A stretch of DNA of 64,000 nucleotides, taken from an uncultured Erythrobacteraceae bacterium (GTDB taxonomy: Bacteria; Pseudomonadota; Alphaproteobacteria; Sphingomonadales; Sphingomonadaceae). The position numbers and the translations under genes are program-made. Shown piece by piece: positions 27,959-37,053 of the stretch (positions within the stretch are counted from its first letter, which is position 1; each line of letters opens with the position of its first letter). The stretch lies in the NCBI GenBank assembly GCA_966251025.1, contig CBINJM010000004.1, positions 91,907 through 155,906 of the forward strand, read 5' to 3'. The notes below the pieces were generated by a model. It had not been told where the DNA came from. It ran no database searches and worked only from the letters and a program-made list of their open reading frames with translations.

Positions 27959-28710
27959 TGACCGAACTTCAGCGCCCCACCACCCGGCAGGAGGAATGGC
28001 GCTACGCCGATGCTTCTGCCTTGGAACAGTTTACTCCTGAAGCCTTCCAGCGGTGGAAGGAGATCGAACTCGCCCCAGGTGAGACGCGGCGGCACTGCAT
28101 GGTGCTGAGCGGCACCGGCCCGGAGCTTCACCGCATTCGTATTACGGTGGGCGCAGGCGGCCGTGCGGAGCTGTTCGTGGTCAATTGCGGTGCCGATTAC
28201 ACCCGTTGCGAGGTGGATGTGCACCTGATGCAAGGCGCGCATTTCCAGTTCGGCGGCGTGACCATTGGCGGCGGCGACGTCACGCGGGAATTCGTCACCC
28301 GTCTCGCCCATGCGGAGCCGGATGCGACGTCCGAGCAGACCATCCGCGCTGTCCACTGGGGCACGGCCACCGGCAACTTCCTCGGCCGCATCGAAGTGGC
28401 GAGAGGCGCGCAGAAGACCGATGCCGCGCAGGACTTCAAGGGCCTGATCCTGGAGCGCGGCGCCAGCACCAACGCCAAGCCGGAGCTGGAGATCTTCGCG
28501 GACGATGTGAAATGCGCCCACGGCGCCGCGATCGGTCAGCTGGACGAAACGGCGCGGTTCTACATGGCCGCCCGCGGCATCCCGCCGGAGGCCGCGAAGG
28601 CGCTGCTCGTCCGCGCCTTCATCGCAGACGCGTTTGTCGCGCTCGACGATGCCGATGAGCAGGAACGCCTGATGGACGCTGCCCTTCAGGCATTGGGCGA
28701 CAGGTCATGA
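27955..28710 (+). CDS. sufD: Fe-S cluster assembly protein SufD (short form)
   Basis: 251-aa ORF. The C-terminal part ...KPELEIFADDVKCAHGAAIGQLDE...FYMAARGIP...A..LL..AF is SufD-like. It sits between sufC and sufS with 4-nt overlaps on both sides. Confidence 0.8.
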   Translation: MMTELQRPTTRQEEWRYADASALEQFTPEAFQRWKEIELAPGETRRHCMVLSGTGPELHRIRITVGAGGRAELFVVNCGADYTRCEVDVHLMQGAHFQFGGVTIGGGDVTREFVTRLAHAEPDATSEQTIRAVHWGTATGNFLGRIEVARGAQKTDAAQDFKGLILERGASTNAKPELEIFADDVKCAHGAAIGQLDETARFYMAARGIPPEAAKALLVRAFIADAFVALDDADEQERLMDAALQALGDRS

Positions 28711-29933
28711 ACGAGGCCGCCACCATAAGCCGGCTGGTGGGCCTGAAGGGAGACTTCCCAGGCCTCATCAACCCGGATGGCACTCCGTGGCACTACCTCG
28801 ACACGGCGGCGACCGCGCAGAAGCCGCAGATCGTCATCGACGCGGTTACCCGGGCCATCGGCGTCGACTACGCCACCGTCCACCGCGGCGTGTACACCCG
28901 TTCGGCAGAGATGACGCTGGGCTACGAGGCGGCGCGGCGCCGGGTGGCGGAGTTCATCGGCGGTAAGGAAAACGAGATCGTCTTCGCCCGCGGCGCGACG
29001 GAGGCAATCAACCTCGTCACGCAGAGCTGGGGTGCGGCCAATCTGAAAACCGGAGACCGCATCCTGCTCTCGGAACTGGAGCACCATTCCAATATCGTTC
29101 CATGGCAATTGCTGGGCGATCGCACCGGCGTTGCAATTGACGTCTGCCCGCTGACCGAGGACGGCCGGATCGACCTCGATGCTGCGCAGCAAATGCTTGG
29201 CCCGCAACACAAACTTGTCGCCTTCGCGCATGTCTCCAACGTGCTCGGCTCGGTTCTCGACGCCCGCCGGGCTGCCGATCTGGCGCATTCGGTCGGGGCC
29301 AAGCTGCTGCTCGACGGCTGTCAGGCGGTGCCCCGGCTGGCGGTCGATGTCGCGGCGCTTGGCTGCGACTTCTACGCCTTCTCCGGCCACAAGCTCTACG
29401 GCCCAACCGGCATCGGTGCCCTCTGGGCCCGCGAGGACATCCTCGCGGACATGCCCCCCTGGCACGGCGGCGGCGCGATGATCGAGAAGGTGACGTTCGA
29501 GCGCACCACCTACGCCCCCGCGCCGCAGCGCTTCGAGGCCGGGACGCCTGCCATCGTGGAGGCCATCGGACTTGCTACGGCCTGCGATTACGTCAGCCGC
29601 ATCGGTTTGGAAGCGATCCATGCACATGAAGCGCTACTCGTCACCGCGACGCGGGAGGCGCTGCGCGGCATGAACGATGTCCGGCTCTTCGGGCCGGAAG
29701 ACAGCGCCGGCATCGTCAGCTTCGCGCTGGACGGCATTCATCCGCACGACCTCGGCACCATATTGGATGAGGAAAATGTCGCCATCCGCGCCGGGCACCA
29801 TTGCGCGCAGCCGCTGATGGAGCGGCTGGGCGTACCCGCCACCGCGCGGGCCAGTTTCGGCCTCTACAGTGATGAGGCAGACGTCGCCGCGCTGATCCGC
29901 GGCATTGAAAGGACCAAGAGGATTTTCGGCTGA
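28707..29933 (+). CDS. sufS: cysteine desulfurase SufS
   Basis: 408-aa ORF with the PLP-Lys context FYAFSGHKLYGPTGIGAL and the catalytic loop IRAGHHCAQPL. Confidence 0.9.
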   Translation: MNEAATISRLVGLKGDFPGLINPDGTPWHYLDTAATAQKPQIVIDAVTRAIGVDYATVHRGVYTRSAEMTLGYEAARRRVAEFIGGKENEIVFARGATEAINLVTQSWGAANLKTGDRILLSELEHHSNIVPWQLLGDRTGVAIDVCPLTEDGRIDLDAAQQMLGPQHKLVAFAHVSNVLGSVLDARRAADLAHSVGAKLLLDGCQAVPRLAVDVAALGCDFYAFSGHKLYGPTGIGALWAREDILADMPPWHGGGAMIEKVTFERTTYAPAPQRFEAGTPAIVEAIGLATACDYVSRIGLEAIHAHEALLVTATREALRGMNDVRLFGPEDSAGIVSFALDGIHPHDLGTILDEENVAIRAGHHCAQPLMERLGVPATARASFGLYSDEADVAALIRGIERTKRIFG

Positions 29934-30448
29934 TGGACAGGCCACAGACAGAGACGGGCATCGACATTGGCGCGGCGGAGCACGAGCAGGGCCTTGCGCC
30001 CAAGCCTCCGCGCGCCCGTGTTTCGGACGCGCCGCTGGACGATGACGCGCCCGAAAGCGCAGGGGACAAGTTGGCCCGCAAGAAGGACTACCTTGAAGGT
30101 TTCCTCTCGAAAACCCCGTCTGCCATCGGCGCGGGCGAGCCGGGCGGCGACCTCTATGAGGCGGTGATCGAGGCGCTGAAGGACATCTACGATCCCGAGA
30201 TCCCGGTGAACATCTACGATCTTGGCCTCATCTACGGCGTCGATGTTTCGCCGGAAGCTGACGTGGCGATCACCATGACGCTGACCACGCCGCACTGTCC
30301 GGTGGCGGAGAGCATGCCGGGCGAGATCGAGCTGCGCATCGGCTCCATCCCCGGCGTGCGGGATGCGCAGGTCAACATCACATGGGATCCGCCCTGGGAC
30401 CCGTCCAAGATGAGCGACGAGGCCCGTCTCGAACTGGGGATGTTGTGA
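29933..30448 (+). CDS. SUF system Fe-S assembly protein (DUF59 / SufT-like)
   Basis: 171-aa ORF. The C-terminal DUF59 core reads ...IYDPEIPVNIYDLGLIYGV...TLTTPHCPVAESM... Confidence 0.8.
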   Translation: MDRPQTETGIDIGAAEHEQGLAPKPPRARVSDAPLDDDAPESAGDKLARKKDYLEGFLSKTPSAIGAGEPGGDLYEAVIEALKDIYDPEIPVNIYDLGLIYGVDVSPEADVAITMTLTTPHCPVAESMPGEIELRIGSIPGVRDAQVNITWDPPWDPSKMSDEARLELGML

Positions 30449-30807
30449 TGACAGCCACCGCCACCACTCGCCAGCGCCCCGCCGCCGTCCTTCTCACTCC
30501 AGCGGCGGAGCAGCGCATCGCAGACCTGATGGCCAAAGCGCCTGAAGGTGCGATCGGCGTAAAGCTGTCCACGCCGCGTCGCGGTTGCTCGGGCCTCGCC
30601 TACTCGGTCGACTACGTCACCGAGGAGCAGAAGTTCGACGAGAAGATCGAGACGCCCGGCGGCACCTTCTACATCGACGGAGCAAGCGTGCTCTACCTCA
30701 TCGGCAGCACGATGGACTGGCGCGAGGATGATTTCACCGCCGGCTTCGTCTTCGAGAACCCCAACGCCAAGGGCTCCTGCGGGTGCGGCGAGAGCTTCAT
30801 GGTCTGA
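30448..30807 (+). CDS. sufA: A-type Fe-S carrier SufA/IscA
   Basis: 119 aa from the ATG at 30448, which overlaps the upstream TGA. Motifs are ...GVKLSTPRRGCSGLAYSVDYV... and the C-terminal ...NPNAKGSCGCGESF. Confidence 0.85.
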   Translation: MTATATTRQRPAAVLLTPAAEQRIADLMAKAPEGAIGVKLSTPRRGCSGLAYSVDYVTEEQKFDEKIETPGGTFYIDGASVLYLIGSTMDWREDDFTAGFVFENPNAKGSCGCGESFMV

Positions 30808-31244
30808 CGGTGCGCCCGCTCGCGCGGGCTGACCACCCCAGCTGGATCGCGATGCGCCAGCAGCTCTGGCCGGAAGAGGGGCGGGATGATCTCGCCGAGC
30901 TTGCGCGTCTTCATGTGCCCTCGATCGTTCTGGTGGCCGACAGCCCTGAGGGGCTCGCCGGCTTTGCGGAAGCGACCATCCGCAGCGTGGTGGACGGGCT
31001 GTATTTCGCCCCCGCCGCGTTCCTCGAAGGCATCTGGGTTGCGGCCGACATGCGCCGTAGAGGCGTCGCCACCGCGCTGCTCGGCGGCGTCATCCGTTGG
31101 GCACGCGAGCGAGGCGTCAGCGGCATCGGCTCCGATGCGCTGGCCGACAATGCAGAGAGCATGGCCTGGCACCAGGCGGCCGGCTTCAATGTCGAGTCAG
31201 AGGTCGTGAAGTTCGTCCGACCTCTCGACCCGCCCCCAACCTAG
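30783..31244 (+). CDS. GNAT N-acetyltransferase, AAC(6')-I-like
   Basis: 153-aa ORF. Its spacing of LWP...GFAE...FLEGIWV...RRRGVATALL...WARERG...SDALADNAESMAWHQAAGF resembles chromosomal aminoglycoside 6'-N-acetyltransferases as I recall them. The start is uncertain, since the ATG overlaps sufA by 25 nt. Confidence 0.65.
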   Translation: MRRELHGLTVRPLARADHPSWIAMRQQLWPEEGRDDLAELARLHVPSIVLVADSPEGLAGFAEATIRSVVDGLYFAPAAFLEGIWVAADMRRRGVATALLGGVIRWARERGVSGIGSDALADNAESMAWHQAAGFNVESEVVKFVRPLDPPPT

Positions 31245-31672
31245 CGCCGCCGCAGCGCTGCAACGCACGCTGCCCGGTCCACCTCGCGCCCATCGCTCGC
31301 GCGCCGCGCATCGACATAGGTCGCCACCGGCTCTGCGCCTGATCGAAGCGGATAGAGGAAGACGTCCAGCACGCAGGCTTCGCCGCTGAATTGCAGCTTG
31401 CGCATGTCGCCCTCCACCACGTCCAGCCGCGGAGTGCCGAAGAGGCGCTGCACATCCTGCGCGTTCCGCTCGATCAACGCCTCCAGCCCCGGCGCGCGGA
31501 GGATCTGCGGCGTGCGCGGTCCGACGATCGGCGGGGGAGCGGGCCGTGCGGGTGGCGGCGCTTGCGTCTCGACATCGGGGCGCGGAGGCGGCGGCGGCAC
31601 GCTTGATTGGGGGATGGTGGTGCAGGCGGCCACCAAGGGCAGCAGCAGCGGGGCGGCAAGGGTCAGGCGCAT
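31241..31672 (-). CDS. hypothetical lipoprotein (Pro-rich N-terminal region)
   Basis: The last 143 aa of a 461-aa artefactual ORF read MRLTLAAPLLLPLVAAC (lipobox), followed by a PPPPPRP-rich linker and a globular C-terminus. An ATG was verified at 31672. Confidence 0.5.
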   Translation of the reverse strand: MRLTLAAPLLLPLVAACTTIPQSSVPPPPPRPDVETQAPPPARPAPPPIVGPRTPQILRAPGLEALIERNAQDVQRLFGTPRLDVVEGDMRKLQFSGEACVLDVFLYPLRSGAEPVATYVDARRASDGREVDRAACVAALRRR

Positions 31673-31686
31673 GAAATCGGGTCCAA

Positions 31687-32406
31687 TCAGGGAATCGGCT
31701 TGCGATGAATGAGGTGCGTTGCGGCGGCCGCGCCGAGCACGGGCGCGAGAAACCCTGCGACCGGCAGCGCCAGCAGCGCCGCAATGACGCCGCCGAGCAG
31801 GAAGCGTTCCGCCCGCCCGATCGGCGCGCGGTGCAAGGCGTCGCGACGGTGACGAAGCCACACCATGTCCTGCAGCTCGCGCCCCAGCAGCACGGCATTC
31901 ACGATCCAGAACAGCAGCGCGGTGCCCACACCGGTCACCAGCAGCGCGAGGGCAATCGGCAGCGCCAGCAGGTTGATGAGCAGCGCTCGGGCGGCCGCCT
32001 TGAGGCTGCTGCCCAGCTGTTCCCGCAGAGGCAGCTCCCGCGCCGCGCTGGCGGCGTGCGGATAGTGCCGCGCTTCCACCGCCAGCACCACGTCGTCCGC
32101 GAAGAACTGGATGACCGCCATCGCCACGATGCGCCAGCCCAGCCACAGGCCAAGCCCCGCGATCAGGAAGGAGAGCAGGCCACGTACGCCGCCGGCGCCG
32201 GTGAACAATGCATCGCCCAGCCCGGCGCTCTCCAGCCCCCAGTCGAGCAGCATCCACCCGCCCAAGGCGAGCCCGGCGAACAGCAGCACCGTCACCGCCA
32301 GGCTCTTGCCCAGAATTCGCAGGATGCGTGGATCGGCAAGCTGTCGAAGAGCGAGCAGCAGCGCGGCCGGCACCGAGGCTGAAAGCGAAGGGGGAAGGGC
32401 GGGCAT
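31687..32406 (-). CDS. EI24/CysZ-family membrane protein
   Basis: 239-aa polytopic ORF. Its topology and motifs (...LLINLLALPIALALLVTGVGTALLFWIVNAVLLGRE...) resemble the EI24/CysZ family. Confidence 0.6.
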   Translation of the reverse strand: MPALPPSLSASVPAALLLALRQLADPRILRILGKSLAVTVLLFAGLALGGWMLLDWGLESAGLGDALFTGAGGVRGLLSFLIAGLGLWLGWRIVAMAVIQFFADDVVLAVEARHYPHAASAARELPLREQLGSSLKAAARALLINLLALPIALALLVTGVGTALLFWIVNAVLLGRELQDMVWLRHRRDALHRAPIGRAERFLLGGVIAALLALPVAGFLAPVLGAAAATHLIHRKPIP

Positions 32407-32516
32407 CCGGCCTTGCGATTGCGTTCCTGAGCGGGCAAGTCAACGCCGCACCGGGCGGCCCCGCTCCGGCTTCACCACGATCACCGCCCGCCCTTCGGCG
32501 ATACCACAGGAATACC

Positions 32517-33512
32517 ATGCCCGAACCCAGATATGACGTCATCGCCATCGGCAATGCCATTGTCGACGTGATGTCCCCCTGCCCCGACGAGTTGATCGAG
32601 GAACTCGGCCTTGGGCGCGGCGGCATGACACTTGTCGATGCCGATCGAGCGGAGGAACTCTATTCGGCTATGGGCCCGGCGCGGGAGATCTCAGGCGGCT
32701 CGGCCGCGAATACGCTGGCGGGCCTTGCCGCCCTGGGGGCGCAATGCTCCTTCATCGGCCAGGTGGCGGACGATCAGCTCGGCGCCGTCTTTGCGCACGA
32801 CATCCGGGCAGTCGGCATCGATTTCGACACGCCCGCTCGCGAGGGAGAGCCACCGACGGCGCGCTGCCTGATCTTCGTCACTCCGGACGGCCAGCGCACG
32901 ATGAACACCTTCCTCGGAGCCTCGCAATTCCTTCCCGCCGAGCTGATTGACGAGGAAGCGATCGGCGGCGCCCGGATCCTCTATCTGGAAGGTTATCTGT
33001 GGGATCCGGAAGAGCCGCGCGCTGCCATGCGCCGCGCGATCGAGAGCGCGCGGGCTGCAGGGCGCGAGGTTGCCTTCACCCTGTCCGACGCGTTCGTCAT
33101 CTCCCGCCACGGCGATGATTTCCGCACGCTGCTGGCCGACGGTCTGATCGACATCCTGTTCGCCAACGAGGTGGAGCTTGCCGCGCTGACCGGAGAGGAC
33201 GATTTCGAGGCCGGCCTTGCCAAGCTTGCGCCGCAGGTGCCGGTGCTGGTGGTCACCCGCAGCGAGAAGGGCGCGGTCGCTCTCCGCAATGGTGAGCGGG
33301 CTGAAGTCGCAGCCGAGCCCATTGAAAAGGTTGTCGACACCACAGGCGCGGGCGACCTGTTTGCCGCCGGCTTCCTGTTCGGCCATGCCCGTTCGGAACC
33401 GCTGCAAACCTGCCTCCGCCGCGGTGCCATCGCGGCGGCGGAGATCATCAGCCACTACGGCGCGCGTCCGGAAGCGGATCTGCAGGAGCTGATGAACAGC
33501 AAGCTCGGCTGA
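32517..33512 (+). CDS. adenosine kinase / PfkB-family carbohydrate kinase
   Basis: MPEPRYDVIAIGNAIVDVM...GGSAANTLAGLA... opens the protein, and the C-terminal ...DTTGAGDLFAAGFL... is PfkB signature 2. An ATG was verified at 32517. Confidence 0.8.
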   Translation: MPEPRYDVIAIGNAIVDVMSPCPDELIEELGLGRGGMTLVDADRAEELYSAMGPAREISGGSAANTLAGLAALGAQCSFIGQVADDQLGAVFAHDIRAVGIDFDTPAREGEPPTARCLIFVTPDGQRTMNTFLGASQFLPAELIDEEAIGGARILYLEGYLWDPEEPRAAMRRAIESARAAGREVAFTLSDAFVISRHGDDFRTLLADGLIDILFANEVELAALTGEDDFEAGLAKLAPQVPVLVVTRSEKGAVALRNGERAEVAAEPIEKVVDTTGAGDLFAAGFLFGHARSEPLQTCLRRGAIAAAEIISHYGARPEADLQELMNSKLG

Positions 33513-33554
33513 GCGCCCGGTCATCTGACGCAATCAAGAGGGTGGTGCCGAGTT

Positions 33555-33650
33555 CGACGTCATCCTCACCCACACCCGTCACCCTGAACTTGTTTCAGGG
33601 TCCATCTCTCCGCGGTCCCCCACCGTGCGGTGGCGCAGGCATACCGGACC
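33555..33650. repeat. REP/MITE-like palindromic intergenic element
   Basis: There is a hairpin ACCCTGAA-cttgt-TTCAGGGT (33581-33601) and a second palindrome CCACCG-TG-CGGTGG (33620-33633). The six-frame translations ...LNLFQGP... and ...LKQVQGD... are ones I recognise as recurrent artefact peptides from a short repeat family in alphaproteobacterial genomes. Confidence 0.5.
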
Positions 33651-33672
33651 AAGCCGCAGGCGGCTGCTCCGC

Positions 33673-33990
33673 TCAGTCGAACAGCTCTTCCAGGAACGAC
33701 TTCTTCCGCTTGCGCTGCCCGTAATGGCGCTGGTCTCCCCCGTAACCGTACCCATGGCCCGGCGCCTGTCCTCCTCCACCCCACGGGCTTCCTTGCACCG
33801 GTGGGGCCTGAGGCGCGGCCGCCGGGGCTGCCTGCTGCGCGCTGCGCTCGATGATCTTGTCGAGCTCTCCGCGATCGAGCCACACACCGCGGCAGGTCGG
33901 GCAATAGTCGATCTCGATCCCGGATCGCTCCGACATCACCAGCGCTGTGCCATCGACGGGGCAGGGCATGCCTTGTCCGGGATTAGCCAT
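33673..33990 (-). CDS. zf-TFIIB-type zinc-ribbon domain protein
   Basis: 105-aa ORF with MPCPVDGTALVMSERSGIEIDYCPTCRGVWLDRGELDKIIE (CPxx...CPxC ribbon) and a Gly/Pro-rich tail. Confidence 0.7.
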   Translation of the reverse strand: MANPGQGMPCPVDGTALVMSERSGIEIDYCPTCRGVWLDRGELDKIIERSAQQAAPAAAPQAPPVQGSPWGGGGQAPGHGYGYGGDQRHYGQRKRKKSFLEELFD

Positions 33991-34052
33991 CTCTTGTCCT
34001 TCCGTCCTGAGTGTAGCCAGCGTGTCCTGCCGGCTCTTATCGGCTCAACGCC

Positions 34053-35342
34053 TCAGCGCCGCTCGCGCTCCACTTCGCGCCAGCCGATGTCGCGGCGGCA
34101 GAAGCCGCTGGGGAAATCGAGTGCATCGACCGCGGCATAGGCCGCCGCCTGCGCCTCTGCTGTCGTTGTTCCGCGCGCAGTGACGTTCAGCACCCGCCCG
34201 CCGCTTGCCACCAGCATCCCATCCTCGTTCAACCGGGTGCCCGCGTGGAAGACCTTCGCGCCGCCTTCCTCAGCAGCGGGGATTCCGCCGATCGTGCCGC
34301 CGCTCTCCGGCGTGCCGGGATAGCCTTTCGCCGCCATCACCACCGTCAGCGCCGCGCCTTCAGAGAAGCGCGGCGGCGGCGTTCTGGCGAGGCGGTTTTC
34401 CGCGCAGGCGAGGAGATACTCGCCAAGATCGCTCTCCAGCCGCATCATCAGGACCTGCGTTTCCGGATCGCCGAAACGGCAATTGTATTCGACCAGCTTC
34501 GGGCCTTCCGCCGTCAGCATCAGCCCGGCATAGAGCACGCCGGAATAGGGGGTGCCCTCATTCGCCATCGCCTCCACCGTCGGCACGACGATGCGGCTCA
34601 ACACCTCATTCCGTAGCTGCGGCGTCAGCACCCGAGCGGGGCTGTAGGCGCCCATGCCGCCGGTGTTGGGCCCGGTGTCACCTTCGCCAACCCGCTTGTG
34701 ATCCTGCGCGCTGCCGAAGGGGAGGACGCTGGCGCCGTCCGTCAGGGCGAAGAAGCTGACCTCCTCACCCTCCATGAATTCCTCGATCACCAGTTCGGCC
34801 CCCGCGCCCCCGAATGCGCCGCCGAACATGTCGACGATTGCAGCCTCCGCCTCGGCGCGGTCCTGCGCGATCACCACGCCCTTGCCTGCCGCGAGCCCGT
34901 CCGCCTTCAGCACGAAGGGAGCGATGAAGCTGTCCAGCGCCGCCAGCGCCTCCTCCGCGCTTTTCGTGCGGACGTAGCGCGCGGTGGGGATGCCATGCCG
35001 CTCGCACAGATCCTTGGTAAAACCCTTGCTTCCCTCCAGCTGCGCCGCTGCCTTCGAGGGGCCGAACACCGCCACGCCCTCCGCCCGCAGCGAATCGGCA
35101 AGACCATCCACCAGCGGAGCCTCCGGCCCGATCACCACCAGCCCGATGGACTCCTGCTCGCAGAAGGCGATCACCAGGTCATGGTCGGTTACGTCCACCT
35201 CGAAGCAGGTGGCGTGGTCGGCAATGCCCGGATTGCCCGGCGCGGCGAACAGCTTGCCGCCGCCTTCCAGCAGCCGGGATTGCGCCAGCTTACAGGCAAG
35301 CGCATGTTCGCGCCCTCCCGACCCCAGCAGCAGGATATTCAT
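34053..35342 (-). CDS. purD: phosphoribosylamine-glycine ligase
   Basis: 429 aa from [22 protein letters not shown]..., with an ATG verified at 35342 and an ATP-grasp core throughout. Confidence 0.95.
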   Translation of the reverse strand: MNILLLGSGGREHALACKLAQSRLLEGGGKLFAAPGNPGIADHATCFEVDVTDHDLVIAFCEQESIGLVVIGPEAPLVDGLADSLRAEGVAVFGPSKAAAQLEGSKGFTKDLCERHGIPTARYVRTKSAEEALAALDSFIAPFVLKADGLAAGKGVVIAQDRAEAEAAIVDMFGGAFGGAGAELVIEEFMEGEEVSFFALTDGASVLPFGSAQDHKRVGEGDTGPNTGGMGAYSPARVLTPQLRNEVLSRIVVPTVEAMANEGTPYSGVLYAGLMLTAEGPKLVEYNCRFGDPETQVLMMRLESDLGEYLLACAENRLARTPPPRFSEGAALTVVMAAKGYPGTPESGGTIGGIPAAEEGGAKVFHAGTRLNEDGMLVASGGRVLNVTARGTTTAEAQAAAYAAVDALDFPSGFCRRDIGWREVERERR

Positions 35343-36822
35343 GCCCGGCCCCTCTTCCTTCTTCGATAACGAGGACGATGATGCGTCCGCCGGCGGGCTG
35401 GTAGCCAAGCCGGTCGCCGGGGACAACGCTGCCCCTTTCACGATCACCGAGCTTTCGCAGCTTCTGAAGCGCACCGTGGAGGATCGGTTCGGTCACGTGA
35501 AGCTGCGTGGCGAGCTCTCCGGCGTGAAGCGTGCCGCCAGCGGACACCTCTATTGCTGCCTGAAAGATGAGGGCGCGGTCATCGACGGCGTGATGTGGCG
35601 CACGGGGGCGCAGCGCCTCTCCTTCGTTCCGGAGGATGGCGTTGAGGTCATCGCCTGGGGCAAGCTGACGACCTATCCCGGCCGCTCGAAATACCAGATC
35701 GTGATCGAGGGGATGGAGATCGCGGGCGAAGGCGCGTTGCTCGCCCTGCTGGAGAAGACCCGCCGGCGGCTCGAGGCGGAGGGCCTGTTCGCCTCGGAGC
35801 GCAAGCGGCCACTGCCCTACCTCCCCGGCGTGATCGGCGTCGTTACTTCGCCGACAGGCGCGGTGATTCGCGACATTCTCCACCGACTCGCGGACCGCTT
35901 CCCCAGCCGAGTGCTGGTCTGGCCCGTCATGGTGCAGGGGCAGGGCGCTGCCGAGCAGGTTGCGGCGGCGGTGCAAGGCTTTTGCAAGCTGGATGCAAAC
36001 GGCTCCATTCCTCGTCCGGACCTGCTGATCGTGGCCCGCGGTGGCGGCTCCATCGAGGATCTCTGGGCCTTCAACGAAGAGGTGGTGGTGCGCGCGATTG
36101 CCGCTTCCACCATCCCGACGATCAGCGCCGTGGGTCATGAGACGGACACCACTTTGGCGGACTTCGCTGCCGACATGCGTGCCCCCACGCCCACCGCCGC
36201 CGCCGAAATGGCCGTCCCGGTGCGGCGGGAACTCGCTGCCACGTTGGACGAATTCGCCCTGCGCAAGCGCCGCTGTGCCCTCCGCCCGGTGGAGCTCGGG
36301 CGTGAGCGGCTGGAGCAGCGCGTCGCTCGTCTTCCCAAGCCTGAAGCGCTCGCGGCACAGGCCCAGCAGCGGCTCGACGACCTCGGCGAACGGCTCCGCC
36401 GCGGGCTTGCGGATCAGGCGACCCAGGCACGCGATCGGCTGCAGGCCGATTCGGCACGACTTTCCATCCCGCTGCTCCGCCAGCGCGTCCTCTCCTCGCA
36501 GCGCGACCTCGCGGCGATCCGCCTGCGGCCAGCGTTGTTGGAACGCGAGGTGGCGGACCGGCGCACCCGGCTTGAGGCGCTGGATCGTCTGCGCCGCCAG
36601 CTTGATCCGAAGGCGCCGCTGGCGCGCGGCTATGCGCTGGTCTGCGCCCCCGGCCACCCGGTGATCGCCAGCCGCGAACTTGCCGCGATGCAGGATCGGC
36701 TGACGCTCGAATTCGCTGATGGTACGATCGAGGTGAGCCCCCGTACGGGCGAGACGCCGGTGCGCAAAGGCTTGGCGAAAGGCGGCAAGGCCCCCAGATA
36801 CGATCAGCCCAAATTGCTTTGA
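35341..36822 (+). CDS. xseA: exodeoxyribonuclease VII large subunit
   Basis: ...[44 protein letters not shown]... is the OB fold, followed by ...[14 protein letters not shown]... and ...ISAVGHETD... The only in-frame canonical start upstream of the OB fold is the ATG at 35341. Confidence 0.85.
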   Translation: MPGPSSFFDNEDDDASAGGLVAKPVAGDNAAPFTITELSQLLKRTVEDRFGHVKLRGELSGVKRAASGHLYCCLKDEGAVIDGVMWRTGAQRLSFVPEDGVEVIAWGKLTTYPGRSKYQIVIEGMEIAGEGALLALLEKTRRRLEAEGLFASERKRPLPYLPGVIGVVTSPTGAVIRDILHRLADRFPSRVLVWPVMVQGQGAAEQVAAAVQGFCKLDANGSIPRPDLLIVARGGGSIEDLWAFNEEVVVRAIAASTIPTISAVGHETDTTLADFAADMRAPTPTAAAEMAVPVRRELAATLDEFALRKRRCALRPVELGRERLEQRVARLPKPEALAAQAQQRLDDLGERLRRGLADQATQARDRLQADSARLSIPLLRQRVLSSQRDLAAIRLRPALLEREVADRRTRLEALDRLRRQLDPKAPLARGYALVCAPGHPVIASRELAAMQDRLTLEFADGTIEVSPRTGETPVRKGLAKGGKAPRYDQPKLL

Positions 36823-36849
36823 TCACCCTCGCTTGTTAGGGGTCCCACC

Positions 36850-37053
36850 ATGCTGATGAAGTCCGGCGAGAACGCCGCCACCCTGATCTACGGCCCCAGC
36901 GGCTTCCGCGTCGTGAAGCCGGGACGCTTCGTGACCTGCGCTGTGACGGGCGAGCCGATCTCCCTTGAGGAACTCCGCTATTGGAGTGTCGAGCGGCAGG
37001 AACCCTATGCCACTGCGGAAATCGCGACTCGTCGGCTGCTCGGCACGGCGTGA
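36850..37053 (+). CDS. DUF2093 domain protein
   Basis: 67-aa ORF (...ATLIYGPSGFRVVKPGRFVTCAVTGEPISLEELRYWSVERQEPY...). Confidence 0.65.
   Translation: MLMKSGENAATLIYGPSGFRVVKPGRFVTCAVTGEPISLEELRYWSVERQEPYATAEIATRRLLGTA

Noticed and set aside
31241-32626. 461-aa ORF spanning the lipoprotein gene and the EI24-like gene region
   Set aside because: Only the last 143 aa, from the lipobox-containing MRLTLAAP..., look like a real protein. The upstream part overlaps the EI24-like gene in another frame and is Arg/Pro/Ala-rich.
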